Source: an uncultured delta proteobacterium
GTDB taxonomy: Bacteria; Myxococcota_A; Polyangia; Polyangiales; B10-G4
DNA: 64,000 nucleotides
Assembly: GCA_963727445.1 (NCBI GenBank)
Contig: CAVSGI010000010.1
Coordinates: forward strand, 576,001-640,000
Direction: 5' to 3'
Position 1 is the stretch's first letter. The number at the start of each line of letters is the position of its first letter. The notes beneath the pieces are model-generated. The model was not told the DNA's origin. It did not search any database and saw only the letters and a list, made by a program, of their open reading frames with translations. Of the stretch, positions 53,260-62,570 are shown in pieces. The position numbers were made by a program, and so were the translations under genes.

Positions 53260-54080
53260 GACCCGGCAGGATAGCCGTAAGCGGCCACGAAGGCACGGTG
53301 CGCGTCGAGGGTCGGATCGTCGCGGCGGGATTGGTGCAGCTCCCGCGGGCGGTAGCCGGTCGAGATCTCCACGACCTGGATCGCTTGCGCCTCGACGACG
53401 AACCACGCGCGCCACTCTCCGAGCGCGAGTCGGCTCCGCCCGTCGTCTTCGCGCCGAATGCGGCGGTACGCATGGGGCTGTGGACCGAGGGCGAGCGCTT
53501 CTTCGAGCCGGCCCGAGAGCTCGATGCCGCGCGCCGTCAGGAAGGCGAGCTGCTCGCGGCTGCGGTCGGTGAACGACACCTGCCACGCGCCGCGGGGATC
53601 GGCCGGGCGCTCGGCGTGGTCCAGAGTGCCCTCCTCGAGCCAGCCGCCGCCCGCGTCGGGGATGGCATCGGCCCACGCGACGTAGGGTTTGATGTCGAGC
53701 AGGGGCGTGCCGTCGAGGATGTCGATCTCGCGCACGTGGAGCTTCAGGCCGTCGACGCGCTCGAGACGCACCGCGGACATGCCGATGGGGTTCGGCCGGT
53801 GCGGGGAGCGGGTGGCGAAGAGGCCGCGCTTGACCTCGCTCCGCGGCGGCAGGACGCGCGGACGAAAGCCGAGCCCCACGTTGTGGTGGAAGACGAAGAG
53901 GAGCCAGAGGTAGCGCCAGCGCGCGACGTCGGTGAGGGCATCTTCGAAGCCGTGCCCCTCGAAGAGCTCGACCATCCCTGCCGTGTCGCCGGACGCTCGC
54001 GGCTGTCGGGGCGCCTCGGCCCGCTCCCGAAAGGGGGTCCGGATGATGCCGATCGGGGTCATCTCGAAGGAGTCGCTCAT
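53256..54080 (-). CDS. tsaA: tRNA (N6-threonylcarbamoyladenosine(37)-N6)-methyltransferase TrmO
   Basis: PIGIIRTPF...APRQP, GLFATRSPHRPNPIGMS, DGTPLLDIKPY. Confidence 0.93.
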   Translation of the reverse strand: MSDSFEMTPIGIIRTPFRERAEAPRQPRASGDTAGMVELFEGHGFEDALTDVARWRYLWLLFVFHHNVGLGFRPRVLPPRSEVKRGLFATRSPHRPNPIGMSAVRLERVDGLKLHVREIDILDGTPLLDIKPYVAWADAIPDAGGGWLEEGTLDHAERPADPRGAWQVSFTDRSREQLAFLTARGIELSGRLEEALALGPQPHAYRRIRREDDGRSRLALGEWRAWFVVEAQAIQVVEISTGYRPRELHQSRRDDPTLDAHRAFVAAYGYPAGS

Positions 54081-54265
54081 CGCGGGCTCGCAGCGTACGG
54101 GCCTCACCGAGCCCTCGCCACCTGCGGGCGACCGGCGCCATGAGCGTCCTTCAGAGCGACTCTTGCGCCAGTGAGCGGCAGATCGATCGGCCATCTCGGC
54201 GTCCGAATCATCAATGATCTCGATCCGACTCGGATGGACCGGCCTTTGCTTTTTCGAGGTGCAAC

Positions 54266-56182
54266 ATGCGCCCCTCGACCCTCCCCATCCTCCTCCTCGT
54301 CCTATCGGGCTGCGCGGCCCTCGGCTCGGCCCAAGACGAGGCCCTCCAGATCACGGCCCCCGTCGACGGCGCCTTTGTCCCCGAGGGCGACGTTCGGGTG
54401 CAGGGCCGAATCGACCTCGCCGGCGTCAGCGAGGTGACGATCAATGGCGAGGTCGTGCCCGTGCACGGCGGCGCCTTCGAGACGAGGCTCGCGCTCGCGG
54501 AAGGCCCCGCGATGATCACGGCTAGCGTCGATGGCCACCAGGACGTGGTCGCGGTCACGGTCGACACCACCGATCCGGTGGTGGTCATCGAGTCGCCCGA
54601 GGCCGGCACCTTCTCGAACGAGCAGCGCCTTCACGTGCGCGGTCGGGTGAACGACCGCAACGTCGCGAGCGTCACCTTGAACGGCGCCGAGATCGAGGTG
54701 GGCGACGACGGACTCTTCGATCACGTGTGGGACGTCGCTCCCGGAGCACACCGCATCCGCGTGGAGGCGACTGACCGCGCGGGCCGCATCGGTCGCGGCT
54801 GGAGCTCGGTCGTCTGGGGCGATTTCCAGACCGAGGACGCGCCCCACCTCGACGCCATGATGCTCGACCTCGGGGCCGATGCCCTCGAGGGCCTCGCGAA
54901 CGGCGTCGAGCCCTTCCTCGCTTCGGAGAACCTCGAGCCCTTGATGATGGGCGCGAACCCGGTGGTCGACGGCTTCTGGGGCCACCTCGACGTCGAGGGC
55001 GAGTCCCACGGTCAGGCGCAGCTCTCCTTCGTGCCTCGTGACGGTTATCTGCAGATCTCGCTGGTCCTTCCCGACGTGCGCGTTCCCCTCCGCGCCGATC
55101 TCGCGGTGGGCGGCGACATCACCGGCAACGTCACCGTCGAGCGCGCCTTCGTGACCGGCCGGGTGAACGTCGGCACCGCCCGCGGGCTGCCCGACATCAG
55201 CGTGAGCGATGCCGAGGTGGTCCTCGAGGGCCTCTTGATCGACATCGACGGGCTGGCGAGCTGGATCGACCGCAACGTCGTGACCCGCGCGGCGCAGGGA
55301 CGCCTGGAGGATCAGATCCAGGCGATGATCACCGAGCAGATCCCGGTGCGGATGGAAGGGGCGCTGACCAGCCTCGCGGAGCTGAAGGAGGTGGAGGTCG
55401 CCGACGGGGCCTTCGTCATCGAGAGCAACCTCGCGTCGCTGTCCACCACCCGCGAGGGATTGAGCGCATCCGTGGACCTGGGCATGAACGCGACGCGACC
55501 CGTCCCCGAGCTCGCCGACAAGGCGCTCGGCAGCCTGATCCTCGGCACCGAGATCCCGCCGCGCGGCACCGACGGCAACGTGTACGCCGCCGTCTCGACC
55601 GATCTGATCAACGACGCGCTGCACACCGCGTGGCTCTCCGGGGCGCTGACGCGGCAGGTCGACAGCTTCGTCTACGGCGATCAGGCGCTCAACGTTCAGC
55701 TCCTGTCGCTCCTGCTCCCGGGTGTGGGTGCGGACGTTCCGCCCGAGACGCTGGTGGGCTTTCAGATCGAAGCCGCGCTGCCGCCGGTGGTGGGCCCGAC
55801 CGAGGACGGCCTCTTCGCGGGCGACCTCGCGGACCTGCACGTGACGGCCTTCGCCACGGTCGATGGAGAGCAGGTCACCCTGTTCAGCGCCTCGGTCGGC
55901 GCGCACGCCTCCCTCGTCGTGCACCTGGAGGGCGGTGCCGTCTCCTTCGAGGTGCCCGAGCTCTCCTTCATGGCCGATGTGATCGAGGGGCCCGCGTCGC
56001 TTCCCGATGGCGAGATGCTCGACGACATTCTCACGACGATCGTGAGCGGTCAGGTGGAGACGCTGCTCAACCCGGTGAGCCTCGAGATCCCGTCGCTCGA
56101 CGGCTTCAGCATCGACGCGCCGATGGCGAGCTACCAGACCGGGTATCTGACCTTCTCGGCGGACCTGAGCTACACGCCCTGA
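54266..56182 (+). CDS. Lipoprotein with two Ig-like domains and a putative LBP/BPI (TULIP)-like region
   Basis: Lipobox LSGC; ITAPVDG..V.V.G.. Ig repeats; AAVSTDLINDALHTAWLSG resembles the BPI C-terminal signature. Confidence 0.55.
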   Translation: MRPSTLPILLLVLSGCAALGSAQDEALQITAPVDGAFVPEGDVRVQGRIDLAGVSEVTINGEVVPVHGGAFETRLALAEGPAMITASVDGHQDVVAVTVDTTDPVVVIESPEAGTFSNEQRLHVRGRVNDRNVASVTLNGAEIEVGDDGLFDHVWDVAPGAHRIRVEATDRAGRIGRGWSSVVWGDFQTEDAPHLDAMMLDLGADALEGLANGVEPFLASENLEPLMMGANPVVDGFWGHLDVEGESHGQAQLSFVPRDGYLQISLVLPDVRVPLRADLAVGGDITGNVTVERAFVTGRVNVGTARGLPDISVSDAEVVLEGLLIDIDGLASWIDRNVVTRAAQGRLEDQIQAMITEQIPVRMEGALTSLAELKEVEVADGAFVIESNLASLSTTREGLSASVDLGMNATRPVPELADKALGSLILGTEIPPRGTDGNVYAAVSTDLINDALHTAWLSGALTRQVDSFVYGDQALNVQLLSLLLPGVGADVPPETLVGFQIEAALPPVVGPTEDGLFAGDLADLHVTAFATVDGEQVTLFSASVGAHASLVVHLEGGAVSFEVPELSFMADVIEGPASLPDGEMLDDILTTIVSGQVETLLNPVSLEIPSLDGFSIDAPMASYQTGYLTFSADLSYTP

Positions 56183-56193
56183 GTCGCGGCCAT

Positions 56194-58012
56194 TCAGCGC
56201 GCGCCCAGGCAGAGCGTCGCCTCGACGGTGGCGGACTCTCCGTCGGGTGTGCAGGCGAAGCGCGCGCCTTCGAGCGCGTGCTTCATGCAGGCGAGGACCT
56301 CTTCGCCGACGCCTTCGGCGGCGTGGATGCCTTCGAGGCTCACGTCGGTCACCGCGCCTTCGGCGTTGGTGGTGAAGGTCGCGTGGTACGAGCCGACCGA
56401 TCCGGCGGGCGCGGTCGACGCCGCGTAGCAGCGCGACAGCTCGTCGCGCAGAAAGCGGTCCGAGAGCGCGCGGTCGACGCCGAGCGCGCTCGCGTGCGGC
56501 GCCCGCTCGACCGCACGATAGGGCAGCGCGACCGGGGACTCGGGATAGAACGCGAGGGTGAAGGTGACGCGCCGTTCGCCCGTGCCCGCAGGGAGGGTCA
56601 GATCCTCGAGGGCATTGGTCACACAGTCCTCGCGGGGATCGCCGTAGGGCCCGGGGTCGATGTCGATGTCGCTGACGGCGCCGTCGGGGGCGACCTCGAG
56701 GACCACACGCATGTCGGTGGGCGGAACGTCGCCCGCGTCGCGACAGGCGCCGAGCGTGCGCTCTCCGCGCGAAAGGGCACGCCCGACGTCCACCTCTGCC
56801 CACGCGCCGTAGGGGGTGACGTTGCGAAGCTGCACAGCGCCGGCCACGCCGCCGGTCGCGGCGAGCCCGAGGAGCATGGCGCGGGCGCCGTCCTCCGCGA
56901 GTCGATCGACGGCCGCGAGCCAGTCGTCGACGTCGAAACTGGGCTCGACGAGCTGGACGCCGAGCGCGAGGGGTGATCCGTCGTCCTTCTTGCCCAGGAA
57001 GACGTCGAGGGAGCAGACGCGCTCGTCGTCGACGAAGTAGCAGTCGGCCGAGACGGACCCCCTCACCAGGTCCGCGTGTCGCGCGTGGAGCAGGTCGGTC
57101 GTCGCGGGCGCGCGAGCGCAGGCGGTCCCTGCGAGCGTACGGCCGCTCGCTGCGGCATCACGCGCGCGGCGCACTTCGCGGAGTGGGAGCAGGCGGAGCG
57201 AGCGATGCGTGCGACGAACCCATCGGTAGACCGCGTCCGCCACGCGATCGCGCTCCTCCGCGCTGAGGGGACCGCGCTCGGCGACGAGGAGGGCGATCGG
57301 CCTGCGGCCTGTCGGCCCGTCGTCGATCGCGTCGGGGCGGTCACCCTCCGGCGCGCTCGTGCACTCCTCGGGCCAGGCGATGCGCTCCGGGGTGGGCGCG
57401 GGCTCTTCGAATCTCGGGGAGCTCGGCGAGACGAACAGCGCAGGTGTCGCCCCAGGCACGGAGGGCCTCGGGGGCTTCGGGCGCCCAGTCGACGCAGGCC
57501 GACCACGCTTCGCGCGCCCGCCGCCACGCGGGCGCGGCCTGAGAACGCAGCTGCGCTCTGAAGGCCTCGCGCATCGCGCGGTCATCCTCGACCTCGACGG
57601 GCACCGGCAGCTCTTCGATCAAGCGCGCGAAGTCGGTGTAGAGATAGGCGGCGACCACTGCGCCGAAGAGGCGCTCACGCCCGCCGGCGTCGGCGAGCGC
57701 TTGAAACTTCTCGCGCATGTCACGCATCACCGCGACCCGGCCCTCGAGCCACGGCGCGAAGACCGCGCGCATCCAGTCCATGTATTGGTCGAGCCCGAGA
57801 TCCTCCGGCGGCACGGGACCGCGCTCCTCCAGCAGTCGCTCCGACACCTGCCACACGTCGCGCGCCTCTTCGGAGGACGTCGTCAGTGGCACGTCGAGGA
57901 CCAGCGCTCCGTCGAGACGCGGCCAATCGTCCGGGATGTCGTCACCCTCGTGAGCGTCGGGCTCCGCAGCACCACAGGCTGCGAGGAGGAGCAGAAGGGG
58001 CATCAAGCGCAT
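56194..58012 (-). CDS. Hypothetical lipoprotein with two AgmX/TonB-C-like domains (frameshift ~57410)
   Basis: ORFs 57341..58012 (lipobox LAAC) and 56194..57585 join as LAELPEIEEPAP when one base of GAATC is removed. Confidence 0.6.
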
Positions 58013-58074
58013 GGGCGGGAAGCTACCAAGGGAGCGGTACGCTGTCAGGGTGAAGGGGGGTTTCGGCTCGGGTT

Positions 58075-58575
58075 ATGATCCGCGGCGTGAGAAAGGCGCT
58101 CGCCCTCGTCCCGTTTCTGATCGCCGCGTGCGGTCCGGCTCCGGAAGGCGGCGTTTGTCGCGTGATGGAACCGTCGAGGGAAGCGGCCACCTACGAGGTT
58201 CAGCTGGGGACGCGCTCCTCGGGCATGTTCGTCCCGTGGGGCGACGGCGACCAGGTGGGGGCGGTCCGAGGCGGACAGGGCGCGGCGATGGTGGTGCCGC
58301 GCGTCCGGATCCCGAACGCCCCCGCCGACGCGACCGAGCTCTGCATGCGCGTCGAGGTCGACCACGAGCTCGACACCGGACGCACCCCCTTCTCGATGCT
58401 GGCCGTGGACGAGACCTTCCGTGTGCTCGACGGCGGCTGGGAGAGCGTCTCCATCGAGGTCCCCATCGACTACGGAGACGTGAACATGCACATGATCGAC
58501 TTCACGGTGAACGTGCGCGGCGACACCTTCGTCGCGGAGGGAAACATGACCTTCGAGCTCATCGGGGGAACGTGA
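58075..58575 (+). CDS. Hypothetical lipoprotein
   Basis: Lipobox IAAC; GGQGA.M motif. Confidence 0.6.
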   Translation: MIRGVRKALALVPFLIAACGPAPEGGVCRVMEPSREAATYEVQLGTRSSGMFVPWGDGDQVGAVRGGQGAAMVVPRVRIPNAPADATELCMRVEVDHELDTGRTPFSMLAVDETFRVLDGGWESVSIEVPIDYGDVNMHMIDFTVNVRGDTFVAEGNMTFELIGGT

Positions 58576-59039
58576 AGCGCGCGGCCTTGGCAATCGGGCT
58601 CGTCGCTATGCTCGCGGCCTGCGGAGACGACTCCCGTCCGAGGGACACGGGGACGGCGATGGATACGGGGACGGCGACGGATACGGGGACGGCGACGGAT
58701 ACGGGAACGGCGACGGACACGGGAGCAGGAGCGGACGCCGCCGCCGCGGACGCCGGCGCCCCCTGCACCTTCAACCGCGACTGCCCCGACGCCCAGCGCT
58801 GCGAGTGCGACGAGACCACCGGCTGCTTCTGCTTCCCCGGCGTCCGCGGCACGGGCCAGGTCGGCGTCGACACCTGCACGGACGGAAACGACTGCGCCAG
58901 CGCCCTGTGCGTCGAGGGCCCCGACGGCACCACCTTCTACTGCTCGGACGAGTGCACGGACGCCAGCGACTGCGCCGGCATGCTCCCACGCTGCATCTCG
59001 GTCGCCGGCCTCGGCGACATCTGCGCGCGCATGCCTTGA
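58572..59039 (+). CDS. Small Cys-rich lipoprotein with DTGTAT repeats
   Basis: GTG overlaps upstream stop; LAAC lipobox; 18-bp GATACGGGGACGGCGACG-type repeats; Cys-rich C-terminus. Confidence 0.7.
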   Translation: MKRAALAIGLVAMLAACGDDSRPRDTGTAMDTGTATDTGTATDTGTATDTGAGADAAAADAGAPCTFNRDCPDAQRCECDETTGCFCFPGVRGTGQVGVDTCTDGNDCASALCVEGPDGTTFYCSDECTDASDCAGMLPRCISVAGLGDICARMP

Positions 59040-59074
59040 ATCAGCCGTTTGCCCATACTCGGACCGCTCAGCCT

Positions 59075-59288
59075 CCGTCTTGACGGACCGCTCGTCCGAG
59101 GCGACTCACCGCCCAACGCGTCCTGTCCGTCCCGACGGACCGCTCGCCCGAGGCGGCCGCCCAACGCGTTCTGTCCGTCCCGACGGACCGCTCGTCCGAC
59201 GCGGCCGCCCGCCCAACGCATCCTGTCCGTCGGCGGACCGCTCGTCCGAAACGACTCACCGCCCGACGCGTCCTGTCCGTCTTGACGG
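59075..59288. repeat. Tandem array A: ~4.3 units of 48-52 bp
   Basis: Unit CCGTC(TT/CC)GACGGACCGCTCGTCCGAGGCGACTCACCGCCCAACGCGTCCTGT, each starting with a CCGTC-NN-GACGG hairpin. Confidence 0.9.
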
Positions 59289-59391
59289 GCTTCGGCGGAG
59301 GAATGCGTTTCGGGCCCGGCCACTGGGCGGCCTCTGGGGCGGCGCTTCGCGCCTGGACGCTGGCGCGCCCGCGCAGCGAGCCCGGTGACGA

Positions 59392-59756
59392 ACCGAAGTC
59401 CGACCCATCGCGCGATGACCCCGAGAGCGGTCCGCTCGCGCGCACCGAAGTCCGACCCATCGCGCGATGACCCAGAGAGCGGTCCGCTCGCGCGCACCGA
59501 AGTCCGACCCATCGCGCGATGACCCCGAGAGCGGTCCGCTCGCGCGCACCGAAGTCCCGACCCATCGCGCGATGACCCAGAGAGCGGTCCGCCCGCGCGC
59601 ACCGAAGTCCCGCCCATCGCGCGATGACCCAGAGAGCGGTCCGCTCGCGCGCACCGAAGTCCGACCCATCGCGCGATGACCCAGAGAGCGGTCCGCTCGC
59701 GCGCACCGAAGTCCGACCCATCGCGCGATGACCCCGAGAGCGGTCCGCCCGCGCGG
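59392..59756. repeat. Tandem array B: 7 near-identical units of 52(-53) bp
   Basis: Unit ACCGAAGTCCGACCCATCGCGCGATGACCC(A/C)GAGAGCGGTCCGCTCGCGCGC starting at 59392, 59444, 59496, 59548, 59601, 59653, 59705. Confidence 0.95.
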
Positions 59757-59779
59757 ACCGCGAGCTCGATCCGCGCCGC

Positions 59780-60154
59780 TCATTCGTCGCTCTGGAAGCA
59801 GCGGAGGCGGAGCGGCGTCCCGCAGGTCGTGGCGTAGATCGGGTCGAAGACCTCGGTGTCGCTTGTGACGTTGCTCGCGGCCGTGCCACCACCGGCCCAG
59901 TTCCCGCAGGAGCTCGACAGCGCCATCGGCGCGTTGGCGCCCGTCCACACCGGGCCTCCGTGATACGTCAGGGCGTCGACCGAGTCGCGGTTCGCGGAGC
60001 TCGGGTCGAGCTCGAGAAATTAGGCGGCGCGGCCGGCGGTGTAGAGCGCCTGCGCCTCCTCGTCGGAAACGTGGCCTTCGCTCTCCTCCTGAGCGACGGC
60101 CGGAGAGGCCGTGCACGCGAGCAGCCAGGCGGAGAGGACCATCGCGCGATGCAT
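59780..60154 (-). pseudogene. Chimeric gene remnant (TPR-like secreted protein N-terminus + DUF1554-like C-terminus)
   Basis: MHRAMVLSAWLLAC...AQALYTAGRAA*FLELDPSSANR...VWTG...SCGNW...CGTPLRLRCFQSDE*; in-frame TAA at 60022-60020. Confidence 0.5.
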
Positions 60155-60314
60155 GGGCGGATTAGACCTCCCGAAATGTGGGGGCCGGCCTTCGCGATGG
60201 GGTGCGCGCCCGGCACAAGTCCCCGACAGTCTTCGAATTCCGCGAAGTTAGCGTCGGATGACGGGGAACCCGCTCGAAATGGCAGCCATCAGCAACACGT
60301 GAGATTGTCCCCGC

Positions 60315-60959
60315 ATGCATGCGCCTGAGAACGAGCCCCTTCGCAGCGCCAGTCCATGGACAGCGGCGATCCTGACGATCGCCGTCGCCGCCTGCGGTGG
60401 GTCGACCTCCACCACCACGACCGAGCCCGGCAGTGAGTCGTATCGCGATCTCGACGGTGACGGATATCCGGACGCGGACGATCAATGTCCCGAGGAACCC
60501 GAAGACATCAACGGGATCGATGACGACGATGGCTGTCCCGATCGCGCCCATGAGGAGGAGGGGGCCTTCGTCATCCTCGACGTGATCGTGTTCGACGACG
60601 GTTCGGCGGAGCCCGCGGGGCGTCACGGACCCGTCCTCGATGCGATCGTCGAGACCCTCGAAGGGAACCCCGAGATCGAGCTCTTGGAGGTCCGCGGCCA
60701 TCGCGCCGGGCCCGACGACGGTGCGGGTGGGCTCGGACTTCGGCGCGCGGAGGCGGTTATCGACAGGTTGAGGGCAGAGGGGATCACGCCGGATCGCCTC
60801 CGAGCCATCGATCTCGACGTGCGCTGCCCAGCTGAAGACGATTCGCAAGGCCGCGTCGACTTCCGTTTCTCGCGTTTGGACTCCGAGCAAATCGAGTACG
60901 ACAACGAGTGTGCGCGCCAGACCGAACAGCCCGACCAGGAGGAGCAAACGCGCCGGTGA
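60315..60959 (+). CDS. Small OmpA-like lipoprotein with TSP3 repeat
   Basis: VAAC lipobox, DLDGDGYPDADDQCP, degenerate OmpA (LEVRGH...RRAEAV...GRVDF). Confidence 0.75.
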   Translation: MHAPENEPLRSASPWTAAILTIAVAACGGSTSTTTTEPGSESYRDLDGDGYPDADDQCPEEPEDINGIDDDDGCPDRAHEEEGAFVILDVIVFDDGSAEPAGRHGPVLDAIVETLEGNPEIELLEVRGHRAGPDDGAGGLGLRRAEAVIDRLRAEGITPDRLRAIDLDVRCPAEDDSQGRVDFRFSRLDSEQIEYDNECARQTEQPDQEEQTRR

Positions 60960-61042
60960 GCGACGCCTGACGTCGTTCACGCGTGCTCCGAAGGTTACGG
61001 TTTCGCCGATGCTCACCGCTCCGCGCTGATACCCTGTCGGAC

Positions 61043-62545
61043 GTGTCGTATCGCCCTTCGACGCTCTGGCTGCTTCCGCTTTCGCTCGCCTTTGCTCTGT
61101 CCTGCGCCGACGACGCCGTTCCGCCGGACGGGGGAATGGACGCGGCCGTGGATGGGGCGGCCGATTCGAGCGCGCGCGACACCGGTGTGCCGCCGGACGC
61201 GGGGGACACGGCGGCTACGGGGGACGTGTTTCCACTCCACGTCTCCGCGGACCGGCGCTACCTCGTCACGGCCGGCGACGCGCCGTTCTTCATTCAGGGG
61301 GACACGCCCTGGTCGCTCATGGTGGAGCTCACCCGAGAGGAGGTGACGGAGTACCTCGACGATCGGGTGGCGCACGGCTTCAACGCGATCCTCGTCAACC
61401 TCATCGAAGCGCGCTTCTCTGCGACGACGCCACCCTGGGCCACGGCCTACGGCGACGTGCCCTTCGACGACGTCGACGACTTCTCCGTTCAGAACGAGGC
61501 CTATTTCGCGCACACCGACTGGGTGCTCGCCGAGGCCTCTCGGCGGGGCATGCTCGTCCTGTTGACCCCGGCCTACATGGGCTACGGGTGCGGGGACGAA
61601 GGGTGGTGCGCCGCGATGCGCAACAACGGCGTCGACAACCTCCGCGCGTACGGCCGCTTCTTGGGAACGCGCTATCGGGACCAGACCAACATCATCTGGG
61701 TTCACGGGGGCGATCACCGGCCCTCGACCTCGGGATCGCCTTCAGACTGGGATCTGATGGACGCGATCCGACTGGGCCTAACGGAAACGGATCGTGATGA
61801 CCGGATCGTCACGGCGCACTGGAGCCGTGGCGACAACGGCAGCGAAGCCGACGAAGCCGCGTCCTGGCTCACACTCGACTCGATCTACTCTGCAGATGGC
61901 GCGTCGATCTACGAGGAGAGCCTCGACGTGTGGGGGCGTTCGCAGGGCGTGCGGCCCGGAGTGCTGATCGAGTCGTACTACGAGAACGAGCACGGGATGA
62001 CACCGCAGAGGCTCCGCTCCGAGATGTACTGGCCGGTGCTGGCGGGCTCGACGGGCTTCTTTTACGGCAACTACCCCATCTGGCCTTTCTGGAACGCGGG
62101 CGATCCGGACTGGGGCTTCGGCGACGGCGGCTTCTCCGGCGGCTGGCGCGAGGCGCTCGACAATCCCGGAGCGTCAGCCGCCCGGATCGCAGGGGGCTTC
62201 TTCCGCGATCGAGATTGGCAGCGCCTCGTGCCCGACACCGCGCACGCCTTCCTGACGGACGGACTCGGCTCTTCCGGCTCGGAGTCGTACGTCCTCTGCG
62301 CCGCGACGCCCGAAGGCGATCTCGCGGTCGCATACTTCTACGACGGCTCGTCGTCGCCGACCGTCGACCTCGGCGCCTTCGCCGGCGCGACGGTGAGCAT
62401 CTCGTGGGTGGACCCGGCGGATGGCAGCGTCCAGCCCCTCGCAGGTAGTCCGTTCACGACCGACGCTACGATGTCCGTGAGCCCGCCGGGAGACAACGCA
62501 GACGGGGACGCGGACTGGTTGCTGCTCTTCGAATCGCCGCCTTGA
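61043..62545 (+). CDS. DUF4038 / GH140 apiosidase-like glycoside hydrolase lipoprotein with collagen-binding-like C-terminus
   Basis: PFFIQGDTPW, YLDDR..HGFN, NIIWVHGGD, ESYYENE, W.DP.DG...DWLLL. Confidence 0.8.
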   Translation: MSYRPSTLWLLPLSLAFALSCADDAVPPDGGMDAAVDGAADSSARDTGVPPDAGDTAATGDVFPLHVSADRRYLVTAGDAPFFIQGDTPWSLMVELTREEVTEYLDDRVAHGFNAILVNLIEARFSATTPPWATAYGDVPFDDVDDFSVQNEAYFAHTDWVLAEASRRGMLVLLTPAYMGYGCGDEGWCAAMRNNGVDNLRAYGRFLGTRYRDQTNIIWVHGGDHRPSTSGSPSDWDLMDAIRLGLTETDRDDRIVTAHWSRGDNGSEADEAASWLTLDSIYSADGASIYEESLDVWGRSQGVRPGVLIESYYENEHGMTPQRLRSEMYWPVLAGSTGFFYGNYPIWPFWNAGDPDWGFGDGGFSGGWREALDNPGASAARIAGGFFRDRDWQRLVPDTAHAFLTDGLGSSGSESYVLCAATPEGDLAVAYFYDGSSSPTVDLGAFAGATVSISWVDPADGSVQPLAGSPFTTDATMSVSPPGDNADGDADWLLLFESPP

Positions 62546-62570
62546 AGCCCCGCATCGCAACGGATTCTGA

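Noticed and set aside
53256..53600. RelE/ParE toxin-like segment fused to TsaA
   Set aside because: Corresponds to the ordinary TrmO C-terminal domain also present in E. coli YaeB; no antitoxin nearby.
58644..58725. 18-bp tandem repeats (also 33116-33300)
   Set aside because: In-frame DTGTAT linker repeats of lipoproteins; ordinary coding VNTRs.
59392..59756. CRISPR array
   Set aside because: Units are contiguous and near-identical with no unique spacers; no cas genes in the window.
58937..60116. ORFs over the repeat arrays (58937..59617, 59068..59892, 59256..60116)
   Set aside because: The 52-bp period cycles through frames and gives Arg-rich nonsense; no start signals.
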